This document shows, piece by piece, positions 10,163-20,314 of a DNA stretch of 64,000 nucleotides. The translations under genes were made by a program, and so were the position numbers. The notes below the pieces were generated by a model. The model did no database searches, had not been told where the DNA came from, and saw only the letters and a program-made list of their open reading frames with translations. How positions within the stretch are numbered: the stretch's first letter is position 1; the number at the start of each line of letters is the position of its first letter. This DNA comes from a virus: IMG/VR virus record IMGVR_UViG_3300035187_002895, positions 5,480-69,479 of that record. The stretch is one strand, 5' to 3'.

Positions 10163-11139
10163 TAGTCTTCGATTTTGGGCCCTCTACGGGCTTTGGAAGT
10201 TGTTGTCTTTGCCGCTTCAAATGTTTCCCGGAAGAACTCAATTACATGATTCTGAAATTCATCAGAATGTTGTGCGTACTTGTAAGCATTCACAGCAATC
10301 ACTTCGTTGTTGTCCATCGGAATCGGTTCGGCAAATTTACAAATTTCCCTGCCATCATAACGCATCAATTTGTCTTCCGTACAAATCAATTTCTTGTTGT
10401 TCAATCCGTCATGGACGATTGCGATTTTGTTCACCTCATCCAAACGCTTAAGGGCCTCAGAAACTTCCTTGTAGCTGCCGTCCTCTATTTTCTTAATCAG
10501 AATGGCACGGCTTCCCTTCGGCTTACCCACAAGGTCAGGACGGCCATAGAAAGGACGCTCATACTGAGAATGGGCCATAAGGATGTTCAAACTTGCTTCA
10601 CTCAGGTCCTTGAGTTTGTTAAGCAACGAAAGTTTCACCTCAAAGTTTTGGGTGATACCTGTGCTTTCGTTTTCGGTGTCCACAATTTCAAACTTCCAAC
10701 TCCTGCGTTCCAGTCCCGAAAGAGGATCGGTCCGCATCTGAGGGTGTAACTGAATGGCAAAGAAACGCTCCCTGTCGCCCACTCTGTCGCCCATAAAGGT
10801 AAGTTCCCCTTGTTCGCTGAAAATGGGCCGTCTGTAACGGGGATTCCCATCGCCATCATATCCCTCCAGAAACCCCACCTGATAAGGCTTACGGTTCCAT
10901 CGGATGGTCCAGGGGGACGGGATGCCGTGCTGTCCAATCTTCTTCACCATCCCTGACGATACGGGACGGTTCATGTCCTGAGAGGTTCCCCTTATTTCAA
11001 AAACATTGAAAAACAAACTTGGATTGAGCCTCACTTTCACGATGTCGCCCGGCTCAAGGCTAATCAGTTTGTCTTCCACTTCTTGGGGCCATGTATTGAT
11101 TTCATAGATGCCCTCCCGTGTTGATGATACTACGCTCAT
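10162..11139 (-). CDS. Hypothetical protein downstream of the capsid gene
   Basis: 325-aa ORF with basic C-tail (ARRGPK); position as in crAss-like head modules. Confidence 0.65.
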   Translation of the reverse strand: MSVVSSTREGIYEINTWPQEVEDKLISLEPGDIVKVRLNPSLFFNVFEIRGTSQDMNRPVSSGMVKKIGQHGIPSPWTIRWNRKPYQVGFLEGYDGDGNPRYRRPIFSEQGELTFMGDRVGDRERFFAIQLHPQMRTDPLSGLERRSWKFEIVDTENESTGITQNFEVKLSLLNKLKDLSEASLNILMAHSQYERPFYGRPDLVGKPKGSRAILIKKIEDGSYKEVSEALKRLDEVNKIAIVHDGLNNKKLICTEDKLMRYDGREICKFAEPIPMDNNEVIAVNAYKYAQHSDEFQNHVIEFFRETFEAAKTTTSKARRGPKIED

Positions 11140-11176
11140 AGTGCTGTTTTTTTGTTATACATTTTTGCAAAGAAAC

Positions 11177-11214
11177 AAAAAAAGGGCCAACTTTTCAGAA
11201 GGCCCTCTTTTTTT
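11177..11214 (-). terminator. Intrinsic terminator after the major capsid gene
   Basis: A7-GGGCC-loop-GGCCC-T-run. Confidence 0.7.
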
Positions 11215-11227
11215 CTCACCATTGTGA

Positions 11228-12685
11228 TTAAATGATGGTTCCGCCAAAATACAACTTGTTGGCAAGCATGGTTTGGGCAGCGAAGTTTTCGTTGTTCACG
11301 ATTTGATACTTCATTGCGCCAAAGTGTGCAGGGTCACGCTTGATGATTTGGTTCATCACGGGAGTACCACCTGTAGTTACAGGGGCCTTCAATTGAAGAA
11401 CACGGAACATCGGAGCGGTAACGGTGTAAGAAGTATTGGTCAGTTCACGGGGAACAGCTACTTCCTCCTTCGGAATGATACAGAAAGAGTTGGCCCAGTA
11501 TCCGTCATTCAGGCTTGTTCCGCCCAAATCAGGAGAGTACATGGCCTTGTGTGCCCACTCAGAAGCCTCGTTCAGGTTCACCTTGAACTTGCCAAGAGTG
11601 AACTGACCAAGGGATTTCTTCAAGCCTGGACGACCTGACCCGTCATTCATTTCACCGGAAATGAACTGAACAGCACCACCTGTCAATGGAGCCAAGGCGT
11701 TACGCTGAATGCTCTGAAGGAAGGCATAACCACCCCACAGGTCAAGTTCAGTACCAGCACCACGGTTTTGGAGACGGATTCCGATGTCCTCAAGGTCGCT
11801 CATTTGAACGCCACCTGCTACATAGTCATCGGTAAGACCGAAAGCCTGAGCAGCAGATACGAAGCCAACGGTGGTTTGCTTTCCTCCGTAAGTTTCTCCA
11901 CGGCCACGGGTGATGGCAGCAGACTTGCGAAGCATTGCAGTCATCATGGCATCGGCAAAGATACGAGGGGCAAGGATGGTTTGACCGCCTTCCAGTTGGA
12001 ACATGAAAGACTGGTTGTAAGTATCCTGACCAACAACGGCAGAACCTGTACTCATGTACTGGAATGAAACACCGAAACGAGACCATCCACGGACAGTACC
12101 GTTAGGGAAATCCCCATTAGGGTCGTTTACGGCATCCTGTGGCAGAAGGGTGTCGCCAGCAGTTACTGAACCAGAAGTAAGGGTTACATCAGAAGATGCA
12201 GCAACGGTGATACAGAAGTTGCCAGCACCAGGAGCCACCCCACCAAATGTAGTATTAATCGCTCCAACACCTGTCACATTAAGGATAAGTGAAGGAGAAT
12301 CGGCAACCTGAAAGTTTTGGCCAACGGTGGCGTAAACATAAGAGGCAGAGTTATAGACGATGCCCTGAACAACCAAAGTTGCAGTTGCACCGCTAATGTT
12401 GCCAATTGACACCACAGTAAGGGTGTTCAGAACCGATTCCTGTTCAGCGTGGAACTGTTGCGTGGTGTTGGTTTGAACGCCTACGAACGCTTTGTTGTCC
12501 ACAAGGTGAGCCATAAGGCCGTTCTCAATAAGCTGCCTGTCAGGGTAGCGGTCAAGAAGGGTGGGCCAGAAATCACGGACAAACGATACGCTATCTGCAA
12601 GTCCGGAAAGGGTAGCGGCATCCGCTACGGATGATGGAGAGGTGGCTGTTGCACCTGAAAAAATTGGGCCTGTTGGAAGTGCCAT
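11228..12685 (-). CDS. Major capsid protein (putative)
   Basis: 485 aa after portal and acidic scaffold, followed by a strong terminator; composition and order typical of an MCP. Assigned by synteny, not by a diagnostic motif. Confidence 0.75.
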   Translation of the reverse strand: MALPTGPIFSGATATSPSSVADAATLSGLADSVSFVRDFWPTLLDRYPDRQLIENGLMAHLVDNKAFVGVQTNTTQQFHAEQESVLNTLTVVSIGNISGATATLVVQGIVYNSASYVYATVGQNFQVADSPSLILNVTGVGAINTTFGGVAPGAGNFCITVAASSDVTLTSGSVTAGDTLLPQDAVNDPNGDFPNGTVRGWSRFGVSFQYMSTGSAVVGQDTYNQSFMFQLEGGQTILAPRIFADAMMTAMLRKSAAITRGRGETYGGKQTTVGFVSAAQAFGLTDDYVAGGVQMSDLEDIGIRLQNRGAGTELDLWGGYAFLQSIQRNALAPLTGGAVQFISGEMNDGSGRPGLKKSLGQFTLGKFKVNLNEASEWAHKAMYSPDLGGTSLNDGYWANSFCIIPKEEVAVPRELTNTSYTVTAPMFRVLQLKAPVTTGGTPVMNQIIKRDPAHFGAMKYQIVNNENFAAQTMLANKLYFGGTII

Positions 12686-12710
12686 TTTCTTTTTTGTCTA
12701 AAGGGTTTTG

Positions 12711-13772
12711 TTAAAAATTACTTTGTACCCCCACAATCCTCATTCCCCCAATGGTCGGACCTTTTGAGCCTACCACTTGCTTGGGGTCTATCGGGGCTGT
12801 GTTCGGGGGCGGTATCTGATTGTTCAGAGTGCGGTTCATTGCCTCAATCGCTTCCTTCGGAGCCGCTCTACGGGCCGCTTCCAGCATCGCCGGAATCTGA
12901 CTTTTGAGCATTTCCAATTCCGCCATGGCAGCAGCAGCCTTCATGTTAGGCCACACATTGCCCTCTTTATCGAGGCTTAATGGAACATCATTGCTGTACA
13001 CAATATCCTTTATCTTTTCCGGGTTCACTGCCGGGTACTGATACCCCGGAATTTCCAGAGGCAGTCCTTCGGCCTTTAGTGAACCAATCCCGTCTTCCAC
13101 AAGTTGATTGAATGTGTTTTGATACCCATCCATGTCGAACTCCTGACTTACAGGACTTTTTGCGGCTTCGATTTTCCCCTTAATCTCATCCTGTTGAGCG
13201 ATGCGTTGCTGGCGGATGCCCTCGGCTTGCCATGCTATTGCATCGTAGTCCTCCTCAGAGAGTCCAAGATTTTCGGGTATCTCAAAGTCAATATCCGGAT
13301 ATTGCTTTCTCAGATGTGCTTCAATGTGTCTGTCGGTGGTGGCCCAAGGATTTGCCTCCTTGAACGCTTCCTTTATCAGGTCCCCGACTGACTTTTTACT
13401 GAAATCCTCATTCAACATAGCAAGCGTTTCGGGCTTGTTTATGATGTCAAGAATTTCTTCAGGCATTCTGTACTCCACTTTGGGAGCACTTGCCTGTTGC
13501 AGCTTTGCCTCCATTTCGGCCAGTTGCGAACGAAGGGCTTCTATGTCCTCATTCGTTGCGGCTGGGGCCGTTTGGTCAGGCGTATTCTGCTCCGGTTGGG
13601 ATGGGTTCCCCTCCAAGTTCTGGGGGTAGTTCTCCTCCTCCGGCAAACTCACTTTCGTTACCTTGAACGGGTTGTCCGCCAGGGGGAACAAATTGCTCTG
13701 CTCCGATTCCGGATTCTGCTCCTGCTGGTATTGCAGGGTTTCCGCTTGTTGGTTGTTGATTACCTCCGCCAT
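12711..13772 (-). CDS. Putative capsid scaffolding protein
   Basis: 353 aa, very acidic, E/Q-rich and coiled-coil-like, between portal and MCP. Confidence 0.65.
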   Translation of the reverse strand: MAEVINNQQAETLQYQQEQNPESEQSNLFPLADNPFKVTKVSLPEEENYPQNLEGNPSQPEQNTPDQTAPAATNEDIEALRSQLAEMEAKLQQASAPKVEYRMPEEILDIINKPETLAMLNEDFSKKSVGDLIKEAFKEANPWATTDRHIEAHLRKQYPDIDFEIPENLGLSEEDYDAIAWQAEGIRQQRIAQQDEIKGKIEAAKSPVSQEFDMDGYQNTFNQLVEDGIGSLKAEGLPLEIPGYQYPAVNPEKIKDIVYSNDVPLSLDKEGNVWPNMKAAAAMAELEMLKSQIPAMLEAARRAAPKEAIEAMNRTLNNQIPPPNTAPIDPKQVVGSKGPTIGGMRIVGVQSNF

Positions 13773-15954
13773 ATATTTGTTCTATCTGTTGGTTTATTTT
13801 TTGCAAAATTACATCAGGATTTTGAATATTCGTTGGATTTGTGAAAGCTGCCTTGGCATATTCGCCTACAACAGTTCCCATAATCTTCAATAATTCCAAC
13901 TTTTCCTTTCCCTCCTGAGCCTGTCTGTTACTCGCCATTTGGCGGTCCGTGTTGGCTTGGTCTATCTGTTGCTGCATCATGGCCTTCTTCATTTCCGTCC
14001 GCTTCTGCTGAACGGCAAGGTAGCCCCATGCTTGCTTCATGTTGTCAATGATTTTCAGATAGGCATATTGGTCCATAGTTAGGATTCCTGCCGCCATGGC
14101 CTCCTGTGCTTTCGCATACAGGTCCTGCCATTCCATATCCGTAGGAAGGGGTTCCACAACAAGATTGGGAATCTTCCCATCGGGATTGCCGGAAGGAATC
14201 ATAAACTGACGGCTGTTCATCACCCCTGCCTCTCCCGTTTGCAGGATGTCGTACATCAGGTTTTCCCACAGGGAAGAATACAAACGGATTTTCGCATCCA
14301 TAAGGCCCGAAAGGACATTGTCGCTTCCCTGAAGGAGCATTTGGCTTACAGCCTTTCCCTGTTCGGGACTTACCCCGCCCCCTGTGTCAATTTTGGGAAC
14401 GCCCACGACATCATGCAGCAAATTGATTTGCTGAAGGAGAAGGCCCCAAAGAACATTCAGGTTGGCCCCTCCGTCATTCCCTATCATGGTAATGGCATCC
14501 TTTACAGACGCATTGTGAAAGCCACGATAGGCCGAAGAAGAAACCACCCCAAGGCCACGCTCAAGGAGCGTAGTCATAAGGTCCTCTGCCGTCACCGTAT
14601 CCCCTTCCTTGAGGGCAAGGTCGGCAAGGGCATCCTGGTCCACCCGTATCATCCACGGAAGGAACTCCTTCACATAAGTTTTGAACTTCTTGAAAGTATC
14701 TTCAATAGCATCAATGTGGGGTTTGGCCCTGTCAATAATGGAGATGGTTTCACCCCTCACCATACTGCTTTGATGCCATACAAAGGAGCCATACACCTTA
14801 GCGGCATTCACCTTAAAGGCATCCTCGTTATTGGTTACGATGGGCTGACGAACACCGGGCTTAACTCCATAGTCATAGACATATCCGCTTCCGCAAATAT
14901 ACTTCCCCCCGAAAAGGTTCTGAACCTTGGCTGTATATACATCACCATCCTTTCCGGGAGTTTTCTTGGTATATCCATTATACGCTCGTCCGTTCTTAAT
15001 GTTGGTGTAGAGAAGGTCTGTGGAGACATACTCAAAATCCATGATGAGAACATAATCCGTATAGGTGTTAGTGAAAGTAGTGAGGTAGTTGTTGTTGTTA
15101 TTGGTCCAGAAGTAGAGCCAGTTGTATAGGATGGAGAACTGTCCCCCTCTCAGGTTGTTTAATTGATTGTCCGTAAGAAACTCCTGAGCTTCGATACGAA
15201 CCTGCTCAAGAGGTACAGGACGGATTCTGTAACTCCAAACAATGTCACGCCCATCAGGATAAAAGGACATACTATGGCCACTATTAAGTGGATCAAGCCA
15301 TTCGATTTGCCGTTTGCCATTTACTCTATTGATATAATATCCCATTGTTCCCGTTATGGCATCGTCATAGTCTGCCATACGGGCAAGCACTTCTATATTG
15401 CTTTCCTTTCCCACCTTTTGAAGGGCAAGTTCAAGGAACATTTCTTCTGTGAACTGGGGCATACATTGTAGCATGATTTCCAGTTCTGTTGTGTCTATGG
15501 GAACTTCATCGGGGGTAAGCCCAAGGGGAGTGAGGAACTGATTCATATCAGCCCCCTGCTGTTTTAGCACCATTGCCACCTTCATTTTGGCTTCGATGTC
15601 CTTTCGTTCCTGCATGGAGAACGCATCAATCATGGACACGGAAGGCTTAAACTTTTGTCGGTTCAGTTTACCGACAATAGATTCAAGGATGGTGGAAGTG
15701 AGTTTCATGTTCCTCAGGTCGGCTCCCAGAAGGGTTTGGGAATCGTTGGCTCCAAGGTTGTCAATGGGCTGAACGGTACGGAGGTAGGATTGGTTACCTA
15801 CGGCATATTGGTAGTTTTCGGCCCATTTCCTTCGGGGGAAATTGGGGCTTTCTATCTGCATCAGATGCCACGATTCAAGCCCTTGTGCAAAACTTTTGCC
15901 AAAGGACTCGTCCTTCTTCTTCTCAAACGGGGCGGTGAGGTCTGGTGCGAACAT
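13576..15954 (-). CDS. Portal protein (putative)
   Basis: 792 aa; N-terminal ENYQYAVGNQ, C-terminal Q-rich coiled coil and low-complexity tail; size and position as in crAss-like/P22-like portals. Confidence 0.8.
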   Translation of the reverse strand: MFAPDLTAPFEKKKDESFGKSFAQGLESWHLMQIESPNFPRRKWAENYQYAVGNQSYLRTVQPIDNLGANDSQTLLGADLRNMKLTSTILESIVGKLNRQKFKPSVSMIDAFSMQERKDIEAKMKVAMVLKQQGADMNQFLTPLGLTPDEVPIDTTELEIMLQCMPQFTEEMFLELALQKVGKESNIEVLARMADYDDAITGTMGYYINRVNGKRQIEWLDPLNSGHSMSFYPDGRDIVWSYRIRPVPLEQVRIEAQEFLTDNQLNNLRGGQFSILYNWLYFWTNNNNNYLTTFTNTYTDYVLIMDFEYVSTDLLYTNIKNGRAYNGYTKKTPGKDGDVYTAKVQNLFGGKYICGSGYVYDYGVKPGVRQPIVTNNEDAFKVNAAKVYGSFVWHQSSMVRGETISIIDRAKPHIDAIEDTFKKFKTYVKEFLPWMIRVDQDALADLALKEGDTVTAEDLMTTLLERGLGVVSSSAYRGFHNASVKDAITMIGNDGGANLNVLWGLLLQQINLLHDVVGVPKIDTGGGVSPEQGKAVSQMLLQGSDNVLSGLMDAKIRLYSSLWENLMYDILQTGEAGVMNSRQFMIPSGNPDGKIPNLVVEPLPTDMEWQDLYAKAQEAMAAGILTMDQYAYLKIIDNMKQAWGYLAVQQKRTEMKKAMMQQQIDQANTDRQMASNRQAQEGKEKLELLKIMGTVVGEYAKAAFTNPTNIQNPDVILQKINQQIEQIYGGGNQQPTSGNPAIPAGAESGIGAEQFVPPGGQPVQGNESEFAGGGELPPELGGEPIPTGAEYA

Positions 15955-16848
15955 TTATTGGCCGAAGTTATAGTAGGGCTGTCTTATTGGACTTTGGATA
16001 AGCATATTGTTTGGCAATGCTTTTCTGTATTGCGGCATAACAGATGTGTTATACAAAGGGTTTCTTATCAAGAACTCCCTTTCAGTTTCGCCCGTGTAAG
16101 GAGCCGCCATCATTGATGGTTCTCTTTCAAGTCCCGTAGGAGTTGGTCTTAATCCCGATGGGGCGAAAGGTAGGTTACGGGGAACATTGTCCGTAGCAGA
16201 TGGCCTGTTGTATTGAGACTGATATTCCTGATTCTCTCCATATGTCATTGGCGTACCCTCCGATGGGATTGTCATATCGGGTTTCTGCCCTTTCGTAAAC
16301 TGCATCCCTTGTATTGGCATAAAGGCCATAGCCCCCTGAATGGGAGCCATTGCCGCCTGTGCGTTGTATTGCCTTCGGGCCGCATCCATAGCCGCCATGT
16401 CATCTTCCCATCTACGCATCCTGTTCTCCCGCCTTGCGTCAGCATTCATGGAAACGCCCATCAGTTCGCCCTGTGCCTGTCTTTGGGCCTGTGCGCCCCT
16501 CATGGCAAGGTTCCGCCTTGCGGCCTGTCCCTGTATGTTCAAACGGGCCAATAGGTTCATAAGGTTGCTTGGTGTCGCCACCCCTCGCTTCCCTGCCGCT
16601 ATTATGTCGCCCTGTTGTTGGGCCATGCCCTCCATTTCCTGAGCATAACCGGGAGCCAAAACAGAAGCGGCCCTTGCACGGGCATTGGCAATCTGTTCCT
16701 GCTCAATAGGCGTAAGGCCCGGTGCGCCTTCCTCAAGAAGCCGTTGCCGTTCCCTTCTAAGCCTTTGGGCCTCAATTAGGCCGGGAATGCTCCCCGCAAA
16801 TGCAAGCCCCGCTCCAATGGCAGGTTGTTGCCAGTTTTGTATTGCCAT
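15955..16848 (-). CDS. Putative internal virion (ejection/pilot) protein
   Basis: 297 aa; Gly/Ala hydrophobic N-terminus (IGAGLAFAGSIPGL) and A/Q-rich helices. Confidence 0.55.
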   Translation of the reverse strand: MAIQNWQQPAIGAGLAFAGSIPGLIEAQRLRRERQRLLEEGAPGLTPIEQEQIANARARAASVLAPGYAQEMEGMAQQQGDIIAAGKRGVATPSNLMNLLARLNIQGQAARRNLAMRGAQAQRQAQGELMGVSMNADARRENRMRRWEDDMAAMDAARRQYNAQAAMAPIQGAMAFMPIQGMQFTKGQKPDMTIPSEGTPMTYGENQEYQSQYNRPSATDNVPRNLPFAPSGLRPTPTGLEREPSMMAAPYTGETEREFLIRNPLYNTSVMPQYRKALPNNMLIQSPIRQPYYNFGQ

Positions 16849-16850
16849 TT

Positions 16851-19800
16851 TTACTGAACGATTGAATTGTTGCCTTTTACTTCCACAAAATTGAGCTTCA
16901 CAAAGGTGTTCGCATCAAATGCAAATTTAGAATAAATTATTCGGCTTTCCATTATTTTTCCTGCAAGCAAGCCGCCCGTTGTATTCGTGGCCCTTCGGAT
17001 GGCCGCTTCGTAGTCCCCTTTCCGCTCAATGAAATAGGACGGAGACAGGGCCGATTCAAGAGGAACGCCCCCGCTATCAGCAGGACAGGACAGTTCCACG
17101 CCCGTAGGCTTGGCCCCAAACACTTTGATTTGGTTCCATTGCTTTACGGAAGCAGGAGCCTCGTTGGTTACAATGGTAAGGGACGGATTCTTGAAGCCCC
17201 CGAAAAGGAAATTGTTGGCCACGCCCTGCGCTTCCACATCCGAAACATATATCCTTCCCTCAATGAAGTAATACTGCTTTGTAGGAAGGCCCGTTGCCCT
17301 TTCGGGGTATAACAGAATGTCTTCCTTGATGGCCTGAAAGTATTCCCGCTGCCCCTGAAAGGTTTTGTAACGCTCCGAAAAGACAGCCGTGTTCTTTTCC
17401 TTTCCCAACAAATGGATTTCGTCCGTCATTTGGTCGTACCATGTTATTAGTAACGAATTGTCGTTGTAGGTTCGCCTTAGAAAGTTCCCGAACGAATAGG
17501 TGAGGCCAAGCCTTTCAAGTCCGGCATTGGTGTAACGGATAAGGTCGTTCACCACATCGCTCCACCAGTAAACGGTTCCAAGGGGCGTTTTCGTTACGCT
17601 CATAGGACGGGAACTTCCATATTGCCCCAATAAGGGCCGCTGAGAGGCCAAGTAGGAATCTGTAGTGGTTACATTGTTGCTCCCGTCCACATTCGTTAAT
17701 TGGATGGCATCATAGTAAAAGGAACTCACCCCGTAGGTTCCTATGGCCAACAGTATCCCTGGTTCCCTTTGGGTGGCATTGGTGGTAACAAGGGCCGTAA
17801 TGGGACCGTTCTCAGCAGGGGCCAATCGGAAGTCAAGGGAGTTGAACTTGTTAAGGCCGTTCACTTGGGTTCCCTGTACGATGGGAAGGGAAAAGCAAAT
17901 GGAACTGTTAAGCCTTCGGTTGCGGACATCCTTGTAGTCGGTAACATTTTCCTGCCCTATGTCCTGATTCCATGTCTGAGCGTAAATGTCTCTGGGGGAC
18001 ATGGAAATGAAAGTTCCGTACCATGCGGTGCGGTTCATTGTGATGGGTTGGTCAGGGTCAATTGTAGGACTCTCTCCGAATTTTGGCAGAGTGTAAAGAT
18101 TTAATGGTCTTGAAGTAAACGGATAAACCTTGTTTACGCTACTCATGCTTGCGTCCCCTGTAATAATTCCTTTCACCGAATTATATTGCTTTATTTCCGT
18201 TTCAAATTCCTGTTTGGTATAGGTCTTTTGGGTGGTATAAACGGTTTGGTCGTCCTCGTTTATTTCCGTTGTAAGGGTGAAATTGTAGAAAAGGGAATAT
18301 ACATTCGTTGGGTTTTTGGCCTTGCTAAATGAATCTGTATTAGGCCCAAAAACAGCGACAGGAATGGAATAAGGTGTAAGATTAATTTCAGGTTCGGCAC
18401 TTGTTAAATTTGGATGTCTTAATATGGCAGCATCCGCTTTTATAAAAATGAATTGATTGTTTATGGTATAAACAGGAAACTTTAGGTAATTCAAATATCT
18501 TCCTGCATCGTTTTCATCGGGCTTCCCATACCAATAATCGTTATAGGCAAGTTGTGGGTCCAATATTTCAAAAGAGTATGGATTGTATATTGTAACATAC
18601 TGATTCCCAGTATTGTTGAAAGGTTCGCCATTGTTGAAAAAAATCACATACCCCTTAAAGGTGTATTTTTTGTTTTGTTTGTCTTCGTCTTTGCTCCATA
18701 TAGTGTTTAGGTCGGTGTTCCTTGGGTTTTCTGGTACTTGGTAATAATAAAACTTCCCTTGAACGGTTACAAAAAACCTTGCCTCTTGCTTTTCATTTTC
18801 ATACCAAAGAAAAACTTGTCCTATGCTTTGGTTCATAGATACAATATTCTTGGCCTTGCTTCTCACTATATTCACCCTGCTCACCCAATCGGGTAGCGTG
18901 TTGTTTTTTAAAGTTATTTTGTATGGGCAAACTGTATTGTTATTATCATCTTGGCCATACCCAACAACATTTATATATCCGCCATTATTGTGGTCAGGAC
19001 TGGATTCGTATAATACAACCGTGTTATTTGATGCTGTTCCATTTAGGTTAAATGTATTGCCATTCAAATTCACTACCTTTTGGTTTAATATCGCAGCCAC
19101 TACTTCTGTAGTGTTGGTTACGGGATAGGTGCGACCAAATTTGTCCACAAGTTCCACCCCGATTGTATATCTTCCCCAAGGAACAAAAGAGTTGTATTGT
19201 AGATTGCCTGCTTCTATGGCATTAAAAATCCTTCTGTCATTCTGTTCAAAAAATGCACCAAAGTCTGACCCTGCAATAGCCACCGATTCAATTGCTGCCT
19301 CAACCGTTATCCCTGTGTCGTACTCGTAGTCCAACACATAGTTCCCATGGTTTACCCTGTTCTGGGCCACTTCGTTGGTAACGCTCAGTAACGGAACCGA
19401 ATCGAATCGGGCATCCGTTATGTCCGAAGCCACCGTGTTCTTTATGGCCGTCAGCACATTGCTGAAGGTCCAACTCCGAACCACCCCCTCGTTCTTCTGA
19501 TACTGAAGTTCCCTCCATACCCCATCGTTCCCGTTCCGTATCACTATCACTATGGCCCGTATCATTGAAGAAACCCGCCCATAGGCGTTCCATTCACTTT
19601 CCGGAATCGTTATCGTAACATTCTCCGTGGCCCAATTCAGGGCCGTAAACGGACCCAAACGGCTTTCCTCAAAGTTGTCGTACACATAGTAATACGAATA
19701 CTGTAGGCCCGTTTCCGTCTGTGTTTTGTTCTGTATCGTTGCGCTCCTTTGGTCAAGGTTCAATACGGGACTAACCACCAAAGCCTCCCCAGGGGGACGC

Positions 19801-20300
19801 TTTATCTGCGTGTAGTGCCAGTCCTCAACAGGGGTGGGATACACATCGTCCCCGCCCCCCGTCTGCGTCCGAACACCCTTCTCAATGTTCACCATCCGGG
19901 GCGGATTCACATTGTCGGTAAAGTACAGCTTCCCGTCTATTACCGCTATCGAAACATTGTATTCGTCCTGTCCCTCAAAGTTCAACCAAGACCCCCTCAG
20001 TACCGGTTCCACTAAATCCGTAGCCCCATTGATGCGATACAGGCCGTGGTCCCCTCCACTATTGTAAAGGGCAAAGTAAACATTGCGGCTCTCCAAGTCG
20101 GAATAAACCCCCACCACCCGATTGGTCCCCGTAGGGGGAACGAAAGGCAGTTCCTCGTTGCCAAGGATGAGCGTTCCGCCCGAAAGGTTGGTGTCCTCTG
20201 TGCTGGCCCCAAAACGCAAATTGATAGCGTCACGGGCCTCGTTGGGCTTTATCACCCTGTCGTCCACATCGGGGTTCACCCGGTCAATCCTGTGTATCAT
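16851..20300 (-). CDS. Tail stabilisation / muzzle-like protein
   Basis: 1149 aa; N-terminus NPDVDDRVIKPNEARDAINLR and LYFTDNVNPPRMVNI, YSYYYVYDNFEESRLGPF resemble crAss muzzle / P22 gp10-type proteins. Confidence 0.75.
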   Translation of the reverse strand: MIHRIDRVNPDVDDRVIKPNEARDAINLRFGASTEDTNLSGGTLILGNEELPFVPPTGTNRVVGVYSDLESRNVYFALYNSGGDHGLYRINGATDLVEPVLRGSWLNFEGQDEYNVSIAVIDGKLYFTDNVNPPRMVNIEKGVRTQTGGGDDVYPTPVEDWHYTQIKRPPGEALVVSPVLNLDQRSATIQNKTQTETGLQYSYYYVYDNFEESRLGPFTALNWATENVTITIPESEWNAYGRVSSMIRAIVIVIRNGNDGVWRELQYQKNEGVVRSWTFSNVLTAIKNTVASDITDARFDSVPLLSVTNEVAQNRVNHGNYVLDYEYDTGITVEAAIESVAIAGSDFGAFFEQNDRRIFNAIEAGNLQYNSFVPWGRYTIGVELVDKFGRTYPVTNTTEVVAAILNQKVVNLNGNTFNLNGTASNNTVVLYESSPDHNNGGYINVVGYGQDDNNNTVCPYKITLKNNTLPDWVSRVNIVRSKAKNIVSMNQSIGQVFLWYENEKQEARFFVTVQGKFYYYQVPENPRNTDLNTIWSKDEDKQNKKYTFKGYVIFFNNGEPFNNTGNQYVTIYNPYSFEILDPQLAYNDYWYGKPDENDAGRYLNYLKFPVYTINNQFIFIKADAAILRHPNLTSAEPEINLTPYSIPVAVFGPNTDSFSKAKNPTNVYSLFYNFTLTTEINEDDQTVYTTQKTYTKQEFETEIKQYNSVKGIITGDASMSSVNKVYPFTSRPLNLYTLPKFGESPTIDPDQPITMNRTAWYGTFISMSPRDIYAQTWNQDIGQENVTDYKDVRNRRLNSSICFSLPIVQGTQVNGLNKFNSLDFRLAPAENGPITALVTTNATQREPGILLAIGTYGVSSFYYDAIQLTNVDGSNNVTTTDSYLASQRPLLGQYGSSRPMSVTKTPLGTVYWWSDVVNDLIRYTNAGLERLGLTYSFGNFLRRTYNDNSLLITWYDQMTDEIHLLGKEKNTAVFSERYKTFQGQREYFQAIKEDILLYPERATGLPTKQYYFIEGRIYVSDVEAQGVANNFLFGGFKNPSLTIVTNEAPASVKQWNQIKVFGAKPTGVELSCPADSGGVPLESALSPSYFIERKGDYEAAIRRATNTTGGLLAGKIMESRIIYSKFAFDANTFVKLNFVEVKGNNSIVQ

Positions 20301-20314
20301 TTCGCAAAGTTACT

